Both the position numbers and the translations under genes were made by a program. Below the pieces are notes generated by a model. That model did no database searches. It was not told the DNA's origin and saw nothing but the letters and a program-made list of their open reading frames with translations. A stretch of 62,921 nt of DNA, counting the filler, from Octopus bimaculoides (taxonomy: Eukaryota): the NCBI RefSeq assembly GCF_001194135.2. It is 6 parts of 6 records of this genome, joined end to end, with 100 filler letters (N's around TTAATTAATTAA, not from the genome) between each part and the next. Parts side by side here need not be neighbours in the genome. Positions count along the whole stretch, not along the records: positions 1 to 21,846 come from NC_068998.1; 5 more parts are not named here. The stretch is one strand, 5' to 3'. Shown in pieces: positions 1 to 13,129 of this stretch. How positions within the stretch are numbered: the stretch's first letter is position 1; each line of letters opens with the position of its first letter.

Positions 1-42
1 TATATACATATATATATATATGTACGTTTGTATGTATATACA

Positions 43-140
43 TACGACGGACTTCTTTCATTTTCCGTCTACCAAATCCACTCACAAGGCTCTGGTCGGC
101 CTGAGGCTATAGCAGAAAACACTTGCCCCAAGATGCCACG
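43..140 (-). mobile_element. SINE family A (tRNA-head, CORE-like) internal fragment
   Basis: Reverse complement matches the family A copy at 45632-46010 (cgtggcatcttgggcaagtgttttc...gaaagaagtccgtcgta). Confidence 0.8.
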
Positions 141-329
141 GAGAGGGGCTGACACATGTATCTATATATGCATAACCACATATAAATATTTGCAACGAGG
201 TTTAATAAATAAGAGCACTAAAACTAGGGAGAGATTTTCAAAATTTTATTTACAACATAATTAAGTACAACAGAAGAATATGACTTGAAAGATATTAAAA
301 TGCACGATGTTACAATATGATATGTAAGC

Positions 330-810
330 ATGCGCGTACATGTATATCTATCTATCTATCTATCTATCTATTTATCTAGGAGATAGATAATACTTACTCA
401 TACATACACACATACGAACATATTGATATACATATATGTATAAAGATGTATGTAGAAATATACATAAATATACGTATATCTGTATATTGATAGACAGATA
501 GATATATATACTGTACATAGTAGCTTCAAACATGTGCACACACATACTCATACAACAGACTTATAAGATATATGCATACATACACGCACACACACACACA
601 CATATATTGCGTACGTTTTATATATGCAATCAGTGTGTGCGTGTTTATATATACATATGTATACATATGTATACATATATATATGTATATACATACACTT
701 GCAAACACACACGCACACACACATATACATATATATATGTATACATACACGCGCGCGTTTATATAAGTATATATATATAAATGTATGTTCGTATGTATGT
801 ATATGTATAT
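330..810. repeat. Compound (TA)n/(CA)n/(TATC)n microsatellite mosaic
   Basis: Seen directly; explains the track ORFs at 526-812. Confidence 0.9.
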
Positions 811-1270
811 AGGCTTGTTAAAAGAAACGGGTAAAAATCGGAACTAAATACGGGTGTATTTTGATTATTTCCAAGTAGCTAAAAGTTTCAGAAATGGTTC
901 AAGAGTCGAGAGTTTCTACATGGGACTATGAAACTGTTGAGTGCCATGTGCGAAACTCTCGGCCGCTGAATCACTTTTCTAACCACCTGCCGAATTAAAA
1001 AAAAAAAATAATAATAATAATAATAATAATTATTATTATTATTTCTACTATAGACAAAGGCCTGACATTTTGTGAGAAAGGTTACTCTATTACATCATTC
1101 TCATTGCTCACTGGTATTTATTTTGCAAATACGCGAAATCAGTGGCCCTTGATAGCTACTGCACACTTGATGATAACCAATGCAGTACTAGGTAGATATA
1201 ATTGTTTGTATTGTTTCTGTAAGAATTTGAAACTAGAAAAGATAATCTTAATCTTCAAACGGTGTATTTT

Positions 1271-1560
1271 AAACAATTGCAGCGTGGAAGGTGTTTCTAA
1301 GCCATTTAAAAATACACAAAAACCGTTAGATTCACTTTAATATTTAAATCTAATTTGAGAAAATATTTTCGTTGCTTTGAGACCGCGACCTGTTCACTGA
1401 CAAAATTCCGTGCTGCATCACAGAATTTTGTCAGTGAACAGGTCGCGGTTTCAAAGCAATGAAAATATTTTGACAAATTAAATTTAAATGTTCAAATGAA
1501 TCTAACGGTTTTTGTGTGTTTTTAAATGGCTTAGAAACACCTTCCTCGCTGCAATTGTTT
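1271..1560. mobile_element. Fold-back palindrome / MITE-like element
   Basis: Arms of about 142 bp (aaacaattgcagcg...caaaattccgtg and cacagaattttg...cgctgcaattgttt) around a 6-nt loop ctgcat at 1413-1418. Confidence 0.85.
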
Positions 1561-1903
1561 TTGTTTCGGCACACGATCTCAGATCAAGTTACTTGCTATG
1601 CAAGTACATCTCCGTAAAGATGAATTATAAATATTTTTATTTTATTTTACATAGCGATTTGAGAACAAAATCACTTTTCGTTCATGGTTCACAGATAACT
1701 GGGACACTGTATTTTGACTGCGAGATTAACAATGAAGCTTATATACAACTTGGGCGGAAATAATACTGCACCGGTAAACCGATTTTTTCGAAAAAACACC
1801 GATGTATGCACACATACACGCTCACAGACATACGCACATATACGCACACACACACACACATATATGTTTATATATTCATTCATCCAGCCATTCATAAGTA
1901 TAC

Positions 1904-1938
<35 letters not shown>

Positions 1939-2011
1939 CGCGCGCGTAAAAAGAATTGGGGGATAGGTAATTGGAATGACATTCGTAGAAGGAAAAGGAG
2001 CTGAGAGAGGG

Positions 2012-2012
2012 G

Positions 2013-2066
<54 letters not shown>

Positions 2067-2550
2067 NNNNNNNNNNNNNNNNNNNNNNNNNNNNNNNNNN
2101 NNNNNNNNNNNNNNNNNNNNNNNNNNNNNNNNNNNNNNNNNNNNNNNNNNNNNNNNNNNNNNNNNNNNNNNNNNNNNNNNNNNNNNNNNNNNNNNNNNNN
2201 NNNNNNNNNNNNNNNNNNNNNNNNNNNNNNNNNNNNNNNNNNNNNNNNNNNNNNNNNNNNNNNNNNNNNNNNNNNNNNNNNNNNNNNNNNNNNNNNNNNN
2301 NNNNNNNNNNNNNNNNNNNNNNNNNNNNNNNNNNNNNNNNNNNNNNNNNNNNNNNNNNNNNNNNNNNNNNNNNNNNNNNNNNNNNNNNNNNNNNNNNNNN
2401 NNNNNNNNNNNNNNNNNNNNNNNNNNNNNNNNNNNNNNNNNNNNNNNNNNNNNNNNNNNNNNNNNNNNNNNNNNNNNNNNNNNNNNNNNNNNNNNNNNNN
2501 NNNNNNNNNNNNNNNNNNNNNNNNNNNNNNNNNNNNNNNNNNNNNNNNNN

Positions 2551-2590
<40 letters not shown>
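2012..2590. repeat. (AG)n and (TG)n microsatellites flanking an N gap
   Basis: Seen directly. Confidence 0.9.
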
Positions 2591-2593
<3 letters not shown>

Positions 2594-2994
2594 CCAAATT
2601 TAGGGAATGGAGTAGATAAAATCCAGACTACATATGTTTCATAGCTAGCAGCACCTCAGAAGTAGTGATTACTTAAACGAAAGGTAATCCAGTAGCTAGT
2701 CGTCAGGCTAAAGGTACCTCAGTCAAACTTACCAGCTTCCTGCACCTTGATCCTTGAATCTTACCTTTACACGCGCGTAGGCATGCGCAAACACATACGC
2801 ATACACACACATACGTATATAAACAGAAAAATACATACATACATACCTACATACATATTTTTGTATGTATACACACACACGTCTATACATAAAAGAATAT
2901 TTACGTATACGCACGAGTGTGTGCATGTATATGTATGTGTGCATGTACGCACGCGTGTGAGTGAACTATTTTAAGGTAATTATTCTTAAGCAAT

Positions 2995-3183
2995 TTAAGG
3001 CAGTAAGCTTAGCAGCATTTCATCCGTCTTTTCGTTCTATGTTCAAACTCCGCCGGGGTCGGATTTGCCTTTCATCAACTCGAGGTCGATAAAATAAGTA
3101 CCAGTTGGACACTGGGGTCGATGTAATCGACTTAACCCTCCCTCGAAATTGGTAGCTTTGTGCCAAAACGTGAAACCATTATT
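2995..3183 (+). mobile_element. SINE family B copy
   Basis: Contains the family B core ttcaaa.tccgccg.ggtcg...gcctttcatc...ggtcgataaaataagtaccag; tail ttgtgccaaaacgtgaaacc. Confidence 0.8.
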
Positions 3184-3649
3184 TTAACGCAAGTCTATGA
3201 AGAATAACAATGGAAAAAAATTACTGATCGGTAGATTCAATACTAACAGTAGAATCAAATCAAAAAATTGTTTTAACTGGGTCGATATTCTCAGTGGGAG
3301 GTCTCCTCAGACCTCAGAGTTGATTCCGCTAAACGCATATAATGGCCAATTGATGGTGTTTAACTGAGCTACAGATTAAGTCTACAACGTAACAGGGGCA
3401 GTCCTTATCATGAGTTTCATACAGTTTCTGTCTACTATGGCATTTAGATCATAATACTTTAATTGATCCCACTCACTCACACACACATACACTCACACTC
3501 TTTCATACATATACAAATACACACATATATGTGAAATAGAAGAAGTAAAAATGCACTGACAGTATATAAGAAGATTTATATTAATACATTTAACCGGTTT
3601 CATATTTGTTTGATTTTCAAAAGTGTAAGTTGTGTTGCAAGCTGTATCG

Positions 3650-3651
<2 letters not shown>

Positions 3652-3744
<93 letters not shown>

Positions 3745-3758
3745 CTACCTATCTATCT
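3652..3758. repeat. (TC)n(TATC)n microsatellite
   Basis: Seen directly. Confidence 0.95.
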
Positions 3759-5131
3759 GAGGGGCATCCCACGGGAGCTGGGATGCGGGAGGAGCGTGTC
3801 TGCATACGCGGACGACGTCACCGTCATAGTGTCAAGCCACAAGCACATCGACTTGGTCGACGAGACACTAAAAGAATACGAAGCGGTAACGGGAGCAAAA
3901 ATTAACCTGGAAAAGTCAGTGGACTTGCGGCTCGGTACCTGGAGAAGCAAGCCCATGCCGTCCAATAGCGTCTCCATCGTGGGACGCTGGACCGACGGAC
4001 CAGTTAAATTGCTTGGAGTCTGGTTTGGTCCGGACCTCCAAATGGAGAAGAACTTTGGCGAAATAACGACTAGGGTGGCCACTCTCACACAGCAATGGGC
4101 CGAAAGGAAGCTATCCCTAAAAAGTCGGGCGGAGGTGACGAACGCGTACATCGCATCCGTCATCGATTACCGCCTGACCGTCGTGCCTTGTCCCGACTCT
4201 ACCATCACCAAACTGGAACGCATACTCTTCCGCTTCTTGTGAAAGGGAAGCGTTCCGATAGTTAGGCGATCCATTTGCTGTCAACACCCGCCAAATGGAG
4301 GGCTAGGCATGCCTTGGTTGATGATGCGCAGACATGCGCTGAGACTGAGACATCTCCGGCGCTTCATAAATGACGGTAAACAGGTGTGGTCACCGTTTGT
4401 CCGGAGCGCTTTCCCGCAGCTCGTCTCCTTAGCCGAACTGCAGTCGTGGATCAAACAGAGACCGAGGCTAGTCGAATGGCACCGCGAGTGTCACGTTGCT
4501 CTCAAGCAACTCTGCCGTCTGGGACCAAACTTGCGCGACTTCATTACAACAAAGGCGTTCTATAGAGGATTAGTGGAGGGGAAGTGCGACGACGTTCTCG
4601 GGCAGAATCTGGGTGTCGACGAGGAACACCTGACTCGCCTGTTCAGGACAACTTTCGGGCCGGGACCTATGGACAATAACCAAAGATCCCTGGCCTGGCA
4701 GTGCTATCGAGAAGCATTATCTGTTCGAGATAAGCTCTACAGGTACGGTTCGAGACACACCGGATCGACTTGCCCGAGATGCGGTCACAGCGTCGAAACC
4801 GTTCTGCACGCACTCGTGCAGTGTCCAACCATTTCGGACCTGTTAGCTTATGCCGAAAGGCTGCTGTTACTTGTGGGACGAGTCCACCTGTCGGCTGAGT
4901 TTATCGTGAAAATTGCTCCGCCACCTTCCCTCAACAGGGAAGGCAAGGCAGTCATCGTACTGGTGACCATGATGAAAGAATGTGTGGTGGACTCGAGCGA
5001 AAGGATTAGAGACAAACACTTACCTCTCTGGCCAATCGCTCATCAACTTTTTCAAGTACCACTTGAAAAGGAAGGTGAGAATGGAGAGGCAGGTTTTGTC
5101 TCGTGAAAGTTTGAAAAAAGGTGCACACATA
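3759..5131 (+). mobile_element. Tx1/L1-clade non-LTR retrotransposon, 3' part of ORF2 (RT C-terminus plus Cys/His motif), disrupted
   Basis: SAYADDVT, GAKINLEKS, VKLLGVWFG, LSLKSRAEV, GGLGMP and CPRCGHSVETVLHALVQC. ORFs 3610-4242 and 4309-5106 are in one frame separated by a TGA at 4240-4242; there is a later frameshift near the C-terminus. Confidence 0.9.
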
Positions 5132-6392
5132 TACATAATACTCATATACTAGAAAAGTTTAGATAAATAAAAAAAGACATTAATCGCTACAAATGTACTG
5201 TAGATTGAAGTATAGATATTGACATAGTCCAGGTTTCACTTAGAATATCAGAGATTCATATCTGGTTTCTGTGAGACAACCGACGGACGACGTCATTTTT
5301 ACCAAAGGTGATACACTTCATTACTGTAAGCAACGGATTTAATGAGAAACTAACAAGTGTTTTATGGTCTACAGTCTCGAATTCAATTCCCTCGGTAGGT
5401 AAAAGTCACCTGATTGTCAGGTTATATATTAATGTCCTGTCCAAGAAAATATTTCCTTCAGATATTATTAACACGAAGGGGATCATAAAGCATGTAAGCT
5501 ACGCTTTCCCATATTTGCGTAGCTTACATGCTAATACTACAGATGATTAAACGTTCTTTTCAATCAACCTGCGAGCGGATATCTTATTCTTGTATAGTAA
5601 ATATGGTTGATTTTGCTGTCGTGTGAGGTTATAATTTTATTGTTTGTTTTGGTAATTAAATTTGCCATTTTTATGTTGATTTTAGCCTTAATTCCTAACT
5701 GTTGAAAACAGTATTCGCCAAGGGGGAAACAATTGTTACTCTAAATGCTTAATCTGATGCTGTTCGTATAGTTATTCTGTTTTTCCCTTCTTTACATCAT
5801 TGCTATAATCGCCATCAACAGAGTTGTTATTTTATTTGTATTTAGATAGCTGATGAGAAGAATGGACAACGTCAGTGACATTTACTGGTGCTGTTAGGCT
5901 TTTCAGATCAATGCAGTTGATATTTAGATTCAACATCAGTCAACCGACATCTGCAAAAAAAGAATGAAATGGAGGGTGAAGAAGGAATTCCAGCGGGAAT
6001 AGTTATCGGAAAGAATGATTGAAAAAATCAAAAAATCAAAAAGCCAAAAAAGACAAAAAAAACTGTTCAGTGTTGAACCTTTATTCTAAGACACAACAGA
6101 GATTATGAAAGGAGGAGAAAAGTGTAAATCGGGTGGGCTAGAGCGGAGGGAGCAAACCATTAATTATTTCAACGGAGCAAAAGCAGTTGTAATAAGAGAC
6201 GAAGAGGTAGAGAGAAACACTGTCTTTCTTGTTGTAGCATGTTGAATGAATTCCTCTTTAACCGATGTCCTCATGGACTAGAGACTATTGGCACAATACG
6301 GTAGAAAGCAAATTTACAGAATCGCAAGAGAGGGAGAAACACAATTGAAAATGAAAGAATTTCGTCAGTATTTGGCAGTCTTTTAGAATATT

Positions 6393-6609
6393 CTTTTCTA
6401 CTCTAGGCACAAGGCCCGAAATTTTGGGGGAGGGGTTGCCAGTCGATTAGATCGACCCCAGTACGCAACTGGTACTTAATTTATCGACTCCGAAAGGATG
6501 AAAGGCACAATTGACTTCGGCAGAATTTGAACTCAAAACGTAAAAACGGACAAAATACCGCTAAGCATTTCGCCCGGTGTGCTAACGTTTCTGCCAGTTC
6601 GCCGCCTTT
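6393..6609 (-). mobile_element. SINE family B, near full length
   Basis: Reverse complement starts ggcggcgaactggcagaaacgttagc; flanked by tcttttagaatatt (6379-6392 and 6615-6628). Confidence 0.9.
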
Positions 6610-6628
6610 AATAATCTTTTAGAATATT

Positions 6629-6842
6629 AAAGGCGGTGAACCAGCAGAATTGTTACCGCACTGAGCGAAATGCTTAGCGGCATTTCGCCCGTATTTACGT
6701 ACTGAGTTCAAATTCTGCCGAGGTCGACTTTGCCTTTCATATTTTCGGGGTCGATAAAATAAGTACCAGTTGGACACTGGGGTCAATGTAATCGACTAGT
6801 ACCACACTCGAAATTTCTGGCTTTGTGTCAAACTTTGAAACC
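6629..6842 (+). mobile_element. SINE family B, near full length, head-to-head with the previous copy
   Basis: aaggcggtgaaccagcagaattg...ttgaaacc; followed by ttttagaatatt (6848-6859). Confidence 0.9.
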
Positions 6843-7056
6843 GATATTTTTAGAATATTATAAAATTACATTTTGGAATACATTGAAATAAATCCCTGTA
6901 GGGAAGATAACATTGAAGAATTTAGCGGATAAAAACCTCGCTATGGAATGTACTAACTGAGAGTAATAAAAAAACCCACTTCAGAGCTCAGACATCTAGT
7001 TGGCGGGAAGATAGATTCTTGCGCTGAGGAAAAGAGTAATAATTTTGCTACCTAAA

Positions 7057-7262
7057 GGCTATGCTGGAGCACTGCCTTTAGTCGAAAAAACCGACCCCAG
7101 GACTTATTCTTTGTAAACCTAGTACTTATTTTATCGGGATCTTTTGACAAACTGCTAAGTTACGGGGGACGTTAACACATTAGCATCGGCTGTCAAGAGA
7201 TGGTGGTGGGGGGACAAACACAGACACACAAGTACATACATATATGTGTGTGTATATATACG

Positions 7263-7309
<47 letters not shown>

Positions 7310-7470
7310 CGGGCTTCTTTCAGTTTCCGTCTACCAAATCCCCTCACAAGGCTTTGGTCAGCCCGAGGCTGTAGTAGAAGACACTTGCCCGAGGTGCCAC
7401 GCAGTAGGACTGAACTCAGAACTATGTGGTTGGGAAGCGAGCTTCTTACCACACAGCCACTCCTGCGCCT
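7057..7470 (-). mobile_element. SINE family A with internal (TA/CA)n
   Basis: Head aggcgcaggagtggctgtgtggtaag with A/B-box-like motifs, CORE-like ctcgggcaagtgtcttc, internal microsatellite and shared 3' half. Confidence 0.9.
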
Positions 7471-8205
7471 ATAGAGGAACTTTTTGCTATAGTTGCTATT
7501 TATCCTCATCTCAGCTCTGACTGAACAGACCTATGATTAAATACATTGCAGCTGTAACCGTCACATCGATCCGTTGGCTCAGTAAATTTAGGGCAGTGTC
7601 TATTATGTACTTTTTTTTCTAGAAATAGGAACTAAATTGCTCTCTAAAGGGATTTGGCTGCTATTTTTAGCAGGCTAAATAAAACTGTAGAAGCTTCCTT
7701 CGGAGAACTTGCTGGTTGTATAGCCTTAAATTAACTCTGATTGACTCAACCTATAATCAAAGACGTTCCACTCATGACGAACCCTTTCCGTAGATGTAAG
7801 TCTAGATATGTCCTGCCAATTGTGTTTTGCTTAAAATATGGTAGGTGAAAATTTGAAGGATCAAGAAACTTACGCGACGGCATAAAAGTTCTCTTGGTGT
7901 GTCTTTATGGATATCAGTCGGTATCGACGATGAGTATTCAGTTATTTCATCAAGTAAAATCCTTGCTCATTGAATTAATGTGTAAGTGGATGAATATTCC
8001 ACAGACATTTAACGTAATTACATTTAACGTAATTTTCAGGGTGAGTCATCAGTGTAGCACAAAGTGTATGAGAAGGCCATATCTTTGAATTGTTGGTATA
8101 ATCCAACGTAGAGCTTCTACACAGTTTTCTTTTGCTCAGGTTTGGTCACAAAGCGTGGATCAACCCGAGGATAGATATCAGACTATTGCTCATGTTGCCA
8201 CAGTG

Positions 8206-8417
8206 CAGGCGCGTGGCTTGGTGGTTTAGGTGTTGCGGTCCTGATCGTAGAATTGTGGCTATGATTCTTGGACTGGGGGATGCGTTATGTTCTTGAGCGA
8301 AACGTTTCGCTTTACGTTGCTCCAGATTGTAGTTTCGATTCCTGGACCAGGCGATGCGTTGTGTTCTTGAGAAAAACACTTCACATCACGTCGCGTTTGT
8401 TCACCCAGCTGGCAAAA
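8206..8417 (+). mobile_element. Degenerate tRNA-derived SINE head with an internal duplication of about 65 bp
   Basis: ggcgcgtggcttggtggttt...; the segment attgtgg/attgtag...gatgcgtt.tgttcttgag occurs twice. Confidence 0.6.
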
Positions 8418-10018
8418 ATAACTATTCCTGAGTATTATGTATGTATGCATGTATGTATGTATATCCCGTCCAGTAGGGAGTACATGCGCCAAAGAATTCG
8501 GGAAATCGGCCTTATGAGTTTATGTGACACAGGAAGCTTTTTCCCATTTTTTAAAATCTATGTTGACATGCAATAAGATCAAACTCGTGAATGTTAAGCG
8601 AGATTCTTTAACCATTTGCTTATACTGTGCTGCAGTGTGACAGAAACTCTGTCGCGTGTGTATAGGTTTAATTGCATGGAACTTAACCCAGGTAATGCAA
8701 CGTTTATGCGATTGACGGCACAAGACCCAAGCACCTCCACTTAACGGAAACTGGTCACTCGCAAGATTAACTACCAGTTGTTTGTTACTGACACATACAT
8801 TTAGTTGAGTGAACTGAAGCAACGTGTAATGAAGTGCCGTGTTCAGTGGTGGAGCTAGAGTGTGCCGCTCGGCAAACCTCTTGAGTTTGCGACCCCACCA
8901 GCAAACTCCCAAAGTGCTACTCTAATAAAAGAGTCGCCTGGAGTAGACTATTCCCGTGCCTCCTCTCCTCAACTATTCTCTTGCCTTATTTAAAGATACA
9001 ATACGCCCTTCGGCTAGAGAATCAAACCAGCGATCTAACGATCGTGATCTTAGCAACCAAGCCACTATGCTTCGCTTTTTCAGACACCACAACCAAACAA
9101 ATATAGCATATATCACTTACTAAGAGCATTGAAATGCTTGGTATTCTATTTCCAGACAGAATTCTTAAATACTGTTATTATTATTGGCTACAAAGACCTC
9201 CTCTAGAGCGAAGTTAATTTGATTAAATTAGTACATATTTATTTATTTATTTATTTATTTAAGCATTCAATATATGCAGTGAGGTTTCGTTTTCGCTTCC
9301 ACGCTCCTCTCTTTCTCTCTCTCTTCCTTTGTGTCTCTGTCTCTCTTTCAAACACATACTCTCTCAGTCGTTTTTTTTTCTTCTATTTATGCTCACATTT
9401 ATGAGTTTATAATATGTCTCAGTATCTAACTGAGACATATAAACTATGTATGTGTATGAAAGAGTGAATGTGCATTATAAAGCGAGCCACGCAACAAGTA
9501 ATGGATTTCCATCGGTTTTAACGACGAGTATTTAGATGCTTGATCACGTTTTTCAAGTTTATATCATAATGCAGTTTATGCTTTGTTTACATTTTATACA
9601 CCTGTGTGTGTTTGTGAGGGAGAGACCATGTATTTCTGCGTGCATGTGTATATACACAAATGAGCTGAAATGCCTAAGGGTTTGTGTGTTTCTTGTGTGC
9701 TTGCTTCTGATTTACACAGAGATGCACGCACGCACGCACGCACACACACACACGCACACACGCATATATGTAATAATGTACATTCCACACACAAGCTTCT
9801 GTACGTTCTTTTATACACATAAATATATGTAAGTCGAGTGTGTATGTATGTATGTATGTATGTATGTATGTATGTATGTCAATATTCAGTTTATTTAAAG
9901 GTTTCTTGCCAATAGAGAAAGAACCGGTTTCTAACCTAAATCCAAGGCTCCTTCATTGGAATTTCAACATCAACAACAGGGTATTTTTGTTTGTATGTAT
10001 GTATGTATGTATGTATGT

Positions 10019-10145
10019 GCAGATTTGTATGTTTTATGTATGTATTCTCATGCATATAGCTGCATATCTAGACATGCTCATATATATTTAAATGATAAAC
10101 TTCTGGAAAGTTTTACAGATTTTTACAGTTCCAGAGATGGATTGG
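10019..10145 (-). mobile_element. 3' end of an R4/Dong-like (RLE-type) LINE
   Basis: Nearly identical to 57910-58040; the minus strand encodes SGTVKICKTFQKFII. Confidence 0.65.
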
Positions 10146-11169
10146 NNNNNNNNNNNNNNNNNNNNNNNNNNNNNNNNNNNNNNNNNNNNNNNNNNNNNNN
10201 NNNNNNNNNNNNNNNNNNNNNNNNNNNNNNNNNNNNNNNNNNNNNNNNNNNNNNNNNNNNNNNNNNNNNNNNNNNNNNNNNNNNNNNNNNNNNNNNNNNN
10301 NNNNNNNNNNNNNNNNNNNNNNNNNNNNNNNNNNNNNNNNNNNNNNNNNNNNNNNNNNNNNNNNNNNNNNNNNNNNNNNNNNNNNNNNNNNNNNNNNNNN
10401 NNNNNNNNNNNNNNNNNNNNNNNNNNNNNNNNNNNNNNNNNNNNNNNNATATATATATATATAGATATAGATATAAAGTGTGAAACAGAAAGACTGAAAT
10501 AACTTTAGATATTAGAAAGCCTGATTGCGAAAGAAATATAAAAGTGTTAACACATTTTTCTTTATGCTTTTGATAGGCGAAACATTAAAATACCCTCCCT
10601 AGTGATAGCATAGTTAATGACTATTTATGTAGGAGCTGAATATTCTATATCGTTGACTGAAAATGAAACCGAGGAATTGTTCGCAAAATAGGAAATAGTC
10701 AATCAGAAAATTCCATCTCTTATTTTCGGCACACCAAATGCATAGGGAAAATGTTAGACATATCACACTTGAACTTACTAATTTTCTTTACTATTCATAC
10801 CACAAACTTAATGAAACATTAAACTACATACATTTCCGCTTCAGAACCTCCCTTGGAACATTATCAACCACCTAGTACCAAATATATTCTGTAAATTATC
10901 TAATACTTTTTGCCAATAAACAAATATTCTCAGACGCAATATTTTACTTCAACGATGTATTATTTAGAAATGGTTGTAGTAGAAATAATCTCTTTTATAG
11001 AGAACTCACACACAGAACACAAACATGTAGAAATAACAAAAGGAAAAGAAATATTACGTGGTTCACACCGCCATACAGCATAATTATAGCTACTCGTATG
11101 GACAAAAACTTGTACACTCTAATTTACTCTCTACAACATTTGTACCATAAAAAATGGCTCCGGTCTAGA

Positions 11170-11224
11170 TACACTGAGTTTATACTGAGTTTATACTGAG
11201 TTTATACTGAGTTTATACTGAGTT
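11170..11224. repeat. Five tandem copies of 11-bp TATACTGAGTT
   Basis: Seen directly; the first copy is TACACTGAGTT. Confidence 0.95.
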
Positions 11225-11591
11225 CTCCTTCTCCAGATCGTGGCCCATCAACGGTGTACGCATGTGTATATGTATTATACATACACATAGACATTCGCCA
11301 ATCTCACACATATGCATTTAAGGGTCAAATTCTGCATTATAAATAAACATTTTATTCATCCCTATAAAAATGTGAGAGTGTGTGTGTGGATGTGTGCAAA
11401 TGTTAACACATGCACATATATGCACCTAAAATTGTAATATGGTCAAATCTGCACTATACAGGAAATATTTATGAAATTATGATAAAAGAGAATATTCTAT
11501 AATGCAAATATTTCAATGATTAATTGTTAGAGAAAGGTTTAATGTATTGAATGCTATACACCACATATATACCTAAATACATAACATATAC

Positions 11592-11627
<36 letters not shown>

Positions 11628-11665
11628 ATATACATACACACACATATATATTATGTATATGCATA

Positions 11666-11703
<38 letters not shown>

Positions 11704-12860
11704 CATACACACACACACACACACACATATATACATATATACACATATGCATACACATTATTTATATACATACATACACACGCACACACACATATATATG
11801 AATGTATATGTGTGTGTATGAATATATATATATATANNNNNNNNNNNNNNNNNNNNNNNNNNNNNNNNNNNNNNNNNNNNNNNNNNNNNNNNNNNNNNNN
11901 NNNNNNNNNNNNNNNNNNNNNNNNNNNNNNNNNNNNNNNNNNNNNNNNNNNNNNNNNNNNNNNNNNNNNNNNNNNNNNNNNNNNNNNNNNNNNNNNNNNN
12001 NNNNNNNNNNNNNNNNNNNNNNNNNNNNNNNNNNNNNNNNNNNNNNNNNNNNNNNNNNNNNNNNNNNNNNNNNNNNNNNNNNNNNNNNNNNNNNNNNNNN
12101 NNNNNNNNNNNNNNNNNNNNNNNNNNNNNNNNNNNNNNNNNNNNNNNNNNNNNNNNNNNNNNNNNNNNNNNNNNNNNNNNNNNNNNNNNNNNNNNNNNNN
12201 NNNNNNNNNNNNNNNNNNNNNNNNNNNNNNNNNNNNNNNNNNNNNNNNNNNNNNNNNNNNNNNNNNNNNNNNNNNNNNNNNNNNNNNNNNNNNNNNNNNN
12301 NNNNNNNNNNNNNNNNNNNNNNNNNNNNNNNNNNNNNNNNNNNNNNNNNNNNNNNNNNNNNNNNNNNNNNNNNNNNNNNNNNNNNNNNNNNNNNNNNNNN
12401 NNNNNNNNNNNNNNNNNNNNNNNNNNNNNNNNNNNNNNNNNNNNNNNNNNNNNNNNNNNNNNNNNNNNNNNNNNNNNNNNNNNNNNNNNNNNNNNNNNNN
12501 NNNNNNNNNNNNNNNNNNNNNNNNNNNNNNNNNNNNNNNNNNNNNNNNNNNNNNNNNNNNNNNNNNNNNNNNNNNNNNNNNNNNNNNNNNNNNNNNNNNN
12601 NNNNNNNNNNNNNNNNNNNNNNNNNNNNNNNNNNNNNNNNNNNNNNNNNNNNNNNNNNNNNNNNNNNNNNNNNNNNNNNNNNNNNNNNNNNNNNNNNNNN
12701 NNNNNTATATATATATATATACACCACACACACCTATATACATATATTCTTATACATATATTTATATGCATATATACACATGCACGCACACACACACATA
12801 CACACACAGATGTATACAAAAAAAGTGAAAGGATACAGCGAACTTGCCGTGAGTAGTGGT

Positions 12861-12900
12861 CTATTCAACGTTTCGGATTCAATCCTTCGTCAGGAGTTAG
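12861..12900 (-). ncRNA. Minimal Penelope-type hammerhead ribozyme motif
   Basis: Minus strand reads ctaactc-CTGACGA-a-ggat-tga-atcc-GAAAC-GTT-gaatag; palindromic AACGTT stem III; imperfect stem I. Confidence 0.6.
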
Positions 12901-13129
12901 AGAAAAAGAGAAGAAAAAGAGAAGAAAGTGAAACAGAGTTTACATCCTCTCAGCTTGAAAATTTGGCTGCAACTGTTGCAAGTTCACTGTACCCCATTCA
13001 CTTTTTTCTATACTTTTTCAAGTCTTGCCAACGCAGAGCTACTAAATTATTGCCTGATTATATATACATACACATATACACACATATATATATATATATA
13101 CACATACACACATACATATATATATGATT

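Noticed and set aside
5560-6350. Possible CR1-like relic on the minus strand
   Set aside because: Similarity is too weak to name motifs reliably.
11170-11224. Regular short repeats as a CRISPR array
   Set aside because: No spacers, no cas genes, eukaryotic context.
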